Below the pieces are notes generated by a model that ran no database searches, had not been told where the DNA came from, and worked only from the letters and a program-made list of their open reading frames with translations. Below, piece after piece: positions 28,836 through 33,359 of a stretch of 33,359 nt of DNA (its first letter is position 1; each line of letters begins with the position of its first letter). The position numbers and the translations under genes were made by a program. The stretch is from an uncultured Leptospira sp. (GTDB taxonomy: Bacteria > Spirochaetota > Leptospiria > Leptospirales > Leptospiraceae): contig CAYPHK010000004.1 of assembly GCA_964410115.1 (NCBI GenBank), forward strand, positions 1 through 33,359, in the 5' to 3' direction.

Positions 28836-30824
28836 ATGCAAAAAATAGAAAAAATATTAATTAGTAATCGTGGAGAAATCGCATCACGAATTATTAGAAC
28901 CTGTAAACGTCTCCAAATCAAGACTGTAGCCATATATAGCGATGCTGATAGAAATTTTCCGTTTGTAAGAGAAGCTGATGAAGCAGTAGCCCTAGGTGGA
29001 CTTGAATCTAAAGACACGTATCTCAATGTAGAAAAAATCATTACAATCGCTCTTCAAACCAAATCAAGTGCCATTCATCCCGGATATGGATTTTTATCAG
29101 AAAATAGTAATTTTGCAGAAAAGGTAGAAAAAGCGGGTATAATTTTTATTGGACCGCATCACACAGCGATCTTTGCTATGGGAGATAAGGTAGAATCTCG
29201 AAAAAAAATGAAGTCTATCGAAGTTCCTGTGATTCCCGGATTTGATGGTACAATTATAAATGATGCGCAACTTTTAGAAGAAGCAAAAAAAATAGGATTT
29301 CCTGTAATGATCAAAGCCTCTGCTGGTGGTGGCGGAAGGGGAATGAGAAAAGTATTCTCTGAAAAAGATTTTTATACTGACCTAGAAAGTGCAAAAAGAG
29401 AAGCAAAAAATTTCTTTTCGAATGACTCTGTTTTTATAGAAAAATTTATCGTTAATCCACGACACATTGAAGTTCAAATTTTTGGGGATTCTAAAGGAAA
29501 TGTCATACATTTGTATGACAGAGATTGTTCTATTCAAAGAAGAAATCAAAAAGTAGTCGAAGAAGCTCCTGCCCCAAACATTTCTGATAAGACTAGAAAT
29601 GAAATTTATAATACTGCTATATCTGCGGGAAAATGTATTAACTATACAAATGCTGGTACTGTAGAATTTGTAATGGATGAAAATGAAAATTTTTATTTTT
29701 TAGAAATGAACACCAGACTTCAGGTTGAACATCCAGTAACAGAGATGATTACTGGACTGGACTTAGTTGAGATACAAATTCGTATTGCAGAAGGAAATTC
29801 AATTTATGATTGTTTACCTAACGGAAAAGTTCCAGAAGCAAAAGGATCAGCGATAGAATTAAGAATTTGTGCAGAAGAAGGGCTGATAGATTCTAAACCT
29901 AGCTCGGGGACAATTCGCTATCTAAACTTTTCTGAAAAAAAAGGAGCCCGTTTTGATAGCGGTGTAGAATCAGGAAATATCGTTTCAATCTATTATGATT
30001 CTCTTATTGCGAAGTTAATTACATATTCAGAATCCCGCAGTAGTAGTATTAAAAATTCACTTAATAATTTAAAAAATTTAATAATATTGGGAATTCCTAC
30101 AAATCATCTTTTATTGGAAAAAATTCTTATTCATAAAGAATTTCAAGAGGGACAGATAAACACTGGATTCTTAGAAAAACATATACAGCACTCAGATAAT
30201 AAGAGAGAAATAGGATTTTACTTATGTATGTGTGCAATTCTAAATTCAATCAGAGTTCATGATTTTATAAGTAGAGCTTTTAGTGAAATACATTTTAAAC
30301 CGAAATATAATGAAAAATGCTATATCTCTGATCCATTTGTATTAAAAAATATATTTAAAGTTAAACATGAAGGACACATTTATTCGATTTCTAAAGAGAA
30401 TAATACTTTTCATATTTCTAAGGAGTATGAAGAATTTGAATATGTACTACCTAATATATCTCTAATTAATGAGGATTCTATCGTTTTTGAAACAAAGGAA
30501 AAAATTTACTTTTATAGGTATGGTTTAAATATTTACCTACAGAAAGATGGTAAGAAAGAAACATTTCAAATTCTAACAGAATCAAATATTTCAAAGTCAA
30601 AAAATTCAGGTATTATTCATAGTCCTATGCCTGGAAAGATAATTTCGATCCATGTTAAAAAAGGAGATATTGTAAAAGAAGGGGATCCTCTTATTTCTGT
30701 TGAATCAATGAAAATGGAAAATATTATTCGATCCGAAATAAATGCAGAAGTAGAAGATATATTATTTTCAGTGAACAGTCAAATCAATTCAGAAGAAACA
30801 TTAATGATTCTTAAGAATGTTTAA
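28836..30824 (+). CDS. biotin-dependent acyl-CoA carboxylase alpha subunit (biotin carboxylase plus BCCP; methylcrotonyl/propionyl/acetyl-CoA type)
   Basis: KILISNRGEIA, HPGYGFLSEN, MIKASAGGGGRGMR, EMNTRLQVEHPVTE, and the C-terminal biotinyl motif ISVESMKMEN. The ATG immediately follows the TAA of the acyltransferase gene. Confidence 0.9.
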   Translation: MQKIEKILISNRGEIASRIIRTCKRLQIKTVAIYSDADRNFPFVREADEAVALGGLESKDTYLNVEKIITIALQTKSSAIHPGYGFLSENSNFAEKVEKAGIIFIGPHHTAIFAMGDKVESRKKMKSIEVPVIPGFDGTIINDAQLLEEAKKIGFPVMIKASAGGGGRGMRKVFSEKDFYTDLESAKREAKNFFSNDSVFIEKFIVNPRHIEVQIFGDSKGNVIHLYDRDCSIQRRNQKVVEEAPAPNISDKTRNEIYNTAISAGKCINYTNAGTVEFVMDENENFYFLEMNTRLQVEHPVTEMITGLDLVEIQIRIAEGNSIYDCLPNGKVPEAKGSAIELRICAEEGLIDSKPSSGTIRYLNFSEKKGARFDSGVESGNIVSIYYDSLIAKLITYSESRSSSIKNSLNNLKNLIILGIPTNHLLLEKILIHKEFQEGQINTGFLEKHIQHSDNKREIGFYLCMCAILNSIRVHDFISRAFSEIHFKPKYNEKCYISDPFVLKNIFKVKHEGHIYSISKENNTFHISKEYEEFEYVLPNISLINEDSIVFETKEKIYFYRYGLNIYLQKDGKKETFQILTESNISKSKNSGIIHSPMPGKIISIHVKKGDIVKEGDPLISVESMKMENIIRSEINAEVEDILFSVNSQINSEETLMILKNV

Positions 30825-30825
30825 A

Positions 30826-32640
30826 TTAATTTTTTATACTATTTCCATCTAACTCTATAGGTATTATTAATCTAGAAGGATATTTCTTTCCAAAAAAGAT
30901 ATCATAAACTGGCGCTTCTCCCTTTAAAGGCTCAAAGTAATCTATATTAAAACCTGCAATTGAGAGAATAAGTGAGCTACCTTTGGAAATAGTAAATGAA
31001 ATCGGTAGGAAATCAATATGAAGTTCTAGTATATCTCCCGGTTCGATATTTTTAAAATTTTCTTTATAATAATTTTCATTATATTTATTATTTTTAATTT
31101 TTTTATTTTGAATATTACATAGATAGTTTATTTTCCCAATTCCCTCAGTAATATAATTCATTTTTCCTTCTAGAGTAAGCTCATCTAAATACACAAATAA
31201 ATCTCCTTCTGATTTTGAGCTCCGAAGAAAAATAATCAGCTCTGGGTTTCCAGTTATATCCGAATTTTCCTGAAAGGGTAGAGTTTTATAGGAAAATGAT
31301 TTTGTATTACTTTTCTTTCTATCGTAACCTATTTTTTTATTCAATGGGTTTAACATTGAATTCCATCTACTACCCTTACCTGTTGTATGAGTTACATCGA
31401 GACGGACTTCATTCATACTCTCATCTTGTATCGGTTTATATAAAAACAATAATTTTTCTGGATGGATATAGAACTCTAAATCTTTTTTTAATGGAGGCCA
31501 ATGATAGGATTCTTTCCATGTAGAATTTCCAATTGTAAAATAATGAATAGGAGACTCGATATTAATATTATTTTGGATTCCCTTTATATGATAATCAAAA
31601 AATCTAAGTATTTCAAAATGAAAATCAAATAGAGGTTTATAAGAATTTTTATAATTTCCTATGCAATGATGTCCACCATGATCCCATGGACCTATAGTTA
31701 GCTTGACTGAATAGTTGGAATAATATTTGAATTTATTGATAGCCGATTGTGAGTAAGCTCCATCCCACCAACCTGATAGAGCATAAAGTGGAATTTTAAA
31801 ACTATTTTTTTTATCTTTTTTATTTAATATATAATTATGAATACTTAACTCTTGAAGGGATATTCCAGATTCAGTAACAGAATCCCTGAATTTTATTTTT
31901 TTTGCCTCCGCATGAATATCCCAATTATCTTTATGGGAATCTATTATTTTTTGTTTATAATTAATATCCTTAGAGTCAAGACAACCTTTAATAAATAAAT
32001 CTATCCATTTCCCGAAATATTTACCTAGATTTAAACTATCCAATGCATGATTAATTTTAGACCAATTCTTGGTGAACCATGAAAAATGTACTCCACCAGG
32101 AAATCCTATATCAGAAAATATATCAAATACACTAAAATATGACACAACCGCTTTTATTGATTTATGATTTGTGATTGATAAAAATTCACCTGCAGTACCA
32201 TCATAAGAATAACCAAACAATCCAATTTTTCCATCACACCATTTTTGTTTTACTATCCACTCCAATACTTCGAGAGCATCTCGTCTTTCTTCCTCCGACC
32301 ATTCACTTTTCCTATTACCCAGAGATTCTCCCGAACCTCGTACATCGATACTTACAAAAGCATATCCAGTGGAAATAAATTTACTAACTAGTTTTTCGAT
32401 CTCAGTTTTTAAAAATAAATTAAAAGGAAATCTAAATAATAAATTTCTATAGTATCTCGTTTGATGAAAAATTACTGGAAAGGTTTCATTTTTATATAAC
32501 TTTTCAGGAATGTAATATGTTAGAGCAATATCCACTCCATCTTGCATTTTTATGAGAAGTGATTTTTTCTCCTCTAAACGCCGCCCTTTCAAGGAAAATT
32601 TCTCCCTTTTTACCCAGTGTGTATCCCTTAGATTCATCAA
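30826..32640 (-). CDS. CocE/NonD-family (S15 X-Pro dipeptidyl-peptidase-like) alpha/beta hydrolase
   Basis: Nucleophile elbow GLFGYSYDG after VDVRGSGESLG, with the long C-terminal beta-sandwich region expected for the family. Confidence 0.75.
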   Translation of the reverse strand: MMNLRDTHWVKREKFSLKGRRLEEKKSLLIKMQDGVDIALTYYIPEKLYKNETFPVIFHQTRYYRNLLFRFPFNLFLKTEIEKLVSKFISTGYAFVSIDVRGSGESLGNRKSEWSEEERRDALEVLEWIVKQKWCDGKIGLFGYSYDGTAGEFLSITNHKSIKAVVSYFSVFDIFSDIGFPGGVHFSWFTKNWSKINHALDSLNLGKYFGKWIDLFIKGCLDSKDINYKQKIIDSHKDNWDIHAEAKKIKFRDSVTESGISLQELSIHNYILNKKDKKNSFKIPLYALSGWWDGAYSQSAINKFKYYSNYSVKLTIGPWDHGGHHCIGNYKNSYKPLFDFHFEILRFFDYHIKGIQNNINIESPIHYFTIGNSTWKESYHWPPLKKDLEFYIHPEKLLFLYKPIQDESMNEVRLDVTHTTGKGSRWNSMLNPLNKKIGYDRKKSNTKSFSYKTLPFQENSDITGNPELIIFLRSSKSEGDLFVYLDELTLEGKMNYITEGIGKINYLCNIQNKKIKNNKYNENYYKENFKNIEPGDILELHIDFLPISFTISKGSSLILSIAGFNIDYFEPLKGEAPVYDIFFGKKYPSRLIIPIELDGNSIKN

Positions 32641-32692
32641 ATTATCTGTCCAATTTATATATAAAATCCTCTATAAAAGAATGATTTAAAGT

Positions 32693-33359
32693 TTATTTAT
32701 TTTGTAGTTCTACAATTCCAATCCAGTTTGGAGGTACTCCATGAATTTTATAATATTCTGATCTATTTAGATATAATTCAGCGGCTGTATCACTAGGGTC
32801 AGTTTCTAATACTTTTTTGAAGTATTTTATTGAATTATTAAAATCAGCAACTTGGAAAAATATCTGACCGAATTCAAAATTTTCTTTTGTTTTTAATTTT
32901 AAATCTATATATTCTTTTGTATTACCGTTAAGAATTTCTATTATAGATACTATCTCTTTTTTACCTCTCACTTTTACGGTATCTAATATTCTAAATTCAT
33001 AAGTATCATATTTTTCAAGTTTTTTATATGTTTGATCACTTATTAAAATAGATGAATTGTAGTATTTCGTAAGACTTTCTAATCTAGATGCAAGATTTAC
33101 TGCATCACTAATCACAGTACCATTCATTCTATTCTCTTCTCCAACTATGCCTAAAATAGATTTCCCCGTATTGATGCCTATTCCAATAGAAATTGGTACC
33201 CGACTTCTTTCTTTTCTAAACTGATTGTAATTTTCTAGCTCAATCATCATAGCTATTGCGGCATCAATTGCATCTTCCGGTTTTTCCGGGAAGAGAGCCA
33301 TAATTGCATCTCCTATATATTTATCAATAAAACCATTATGTTCCCTAATTTTAGGACCA
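32693..33359 (-). CDS. class III adenylate/guanylate cyclase catalytic domain with C-terminal TPR-like tail, partial (N-terminus beyond window end)
   Basis: The frame stays open upstream of the listed Met. My translation of 33358-33299 gives GPKIREHNGFIDKYIGDAIM, continuing ALFPE...GIGINTG...GTVISDAVNLASRLE, the class III cyclase core. The tail has TPR-like FQVADFNNSIKYFKKVLETDPSD. Confidence 0.85.
   Translation of the reverse strand, partial: GPKIREHNGFIDKYIGDAIMALFPEKPEDAIDAAIAMMIELENYNQFRKERSRVPISIGIGINTGKSILGIVGEENRMNGTVISDAVNLASRLESLTKYYNSSILISDQTYKKLEKYDTYEFRILDTVKVRGKKEIVSIIEILNGNTKEYIDLKLKTKENFEFGQIFFQVADFNNSIKYFKKVLETDPSDTAAELYLNRSEYYKIHGVPPNWIGIVELQNK

Overview
AT-rich (about one-third GC by eye), very gene-dense bacterial chromosomal segment. 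I see about 34 protein-coding genes and no rRNA, tRNA, CRISPR array, integrase or transposase. The gene content points to a Leptospira-like spirochaete, but this is inference only: lipobox-type signal peptides (LSQC, FIYC, ILFC), an orphan MCE protein, a PD40/OmpA protein and a class III cyclase with a TPR tail. Most genes are housekeeping or envelope functions: type IIA topoisomerase B subunit (parE-like), truA, panE, class II photolyase, Zn-ADH, biotin-dependent acyl-CoA carboxylase alpha, PlsC-like acyltransferase, RlmK-like methyltransferase and rlpA. Genes sit in tightly packed operons with overlapping start/stop codons. Five convergent gene pairs abut or overlap with no spacer, and only one clear intrinsic terminator is visible (27971-28005). 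The best candidate for an undescribed system is the five-gene + strand operon at 19077-23051. It encodes an orphan ParA/MinD-type ATPase, a 140-aa Lys/Glu-rich partner, RlpA-SPOR, a small TPR/Sel1-like protein and a NERD nuclease fused to an SF1 helicase. The NERD-helicase gene is much more AT-rich than its neighbours. Other points worth checking: a DegT-family protein whose PLP-binding Lys aligns with His (ColD-like), an SH3b lipoprotein gene split by a 1-nt frameshift, a stand-alone lipoyl domain coupled to a metallophosphoesterase, an NRDE(TANGO2)-Nudix pair next to panE, and an odd ADH-MCE-photolyase-unknown-OmpA operon. All calls come from reading the translations by eye. No searches or computations were run.
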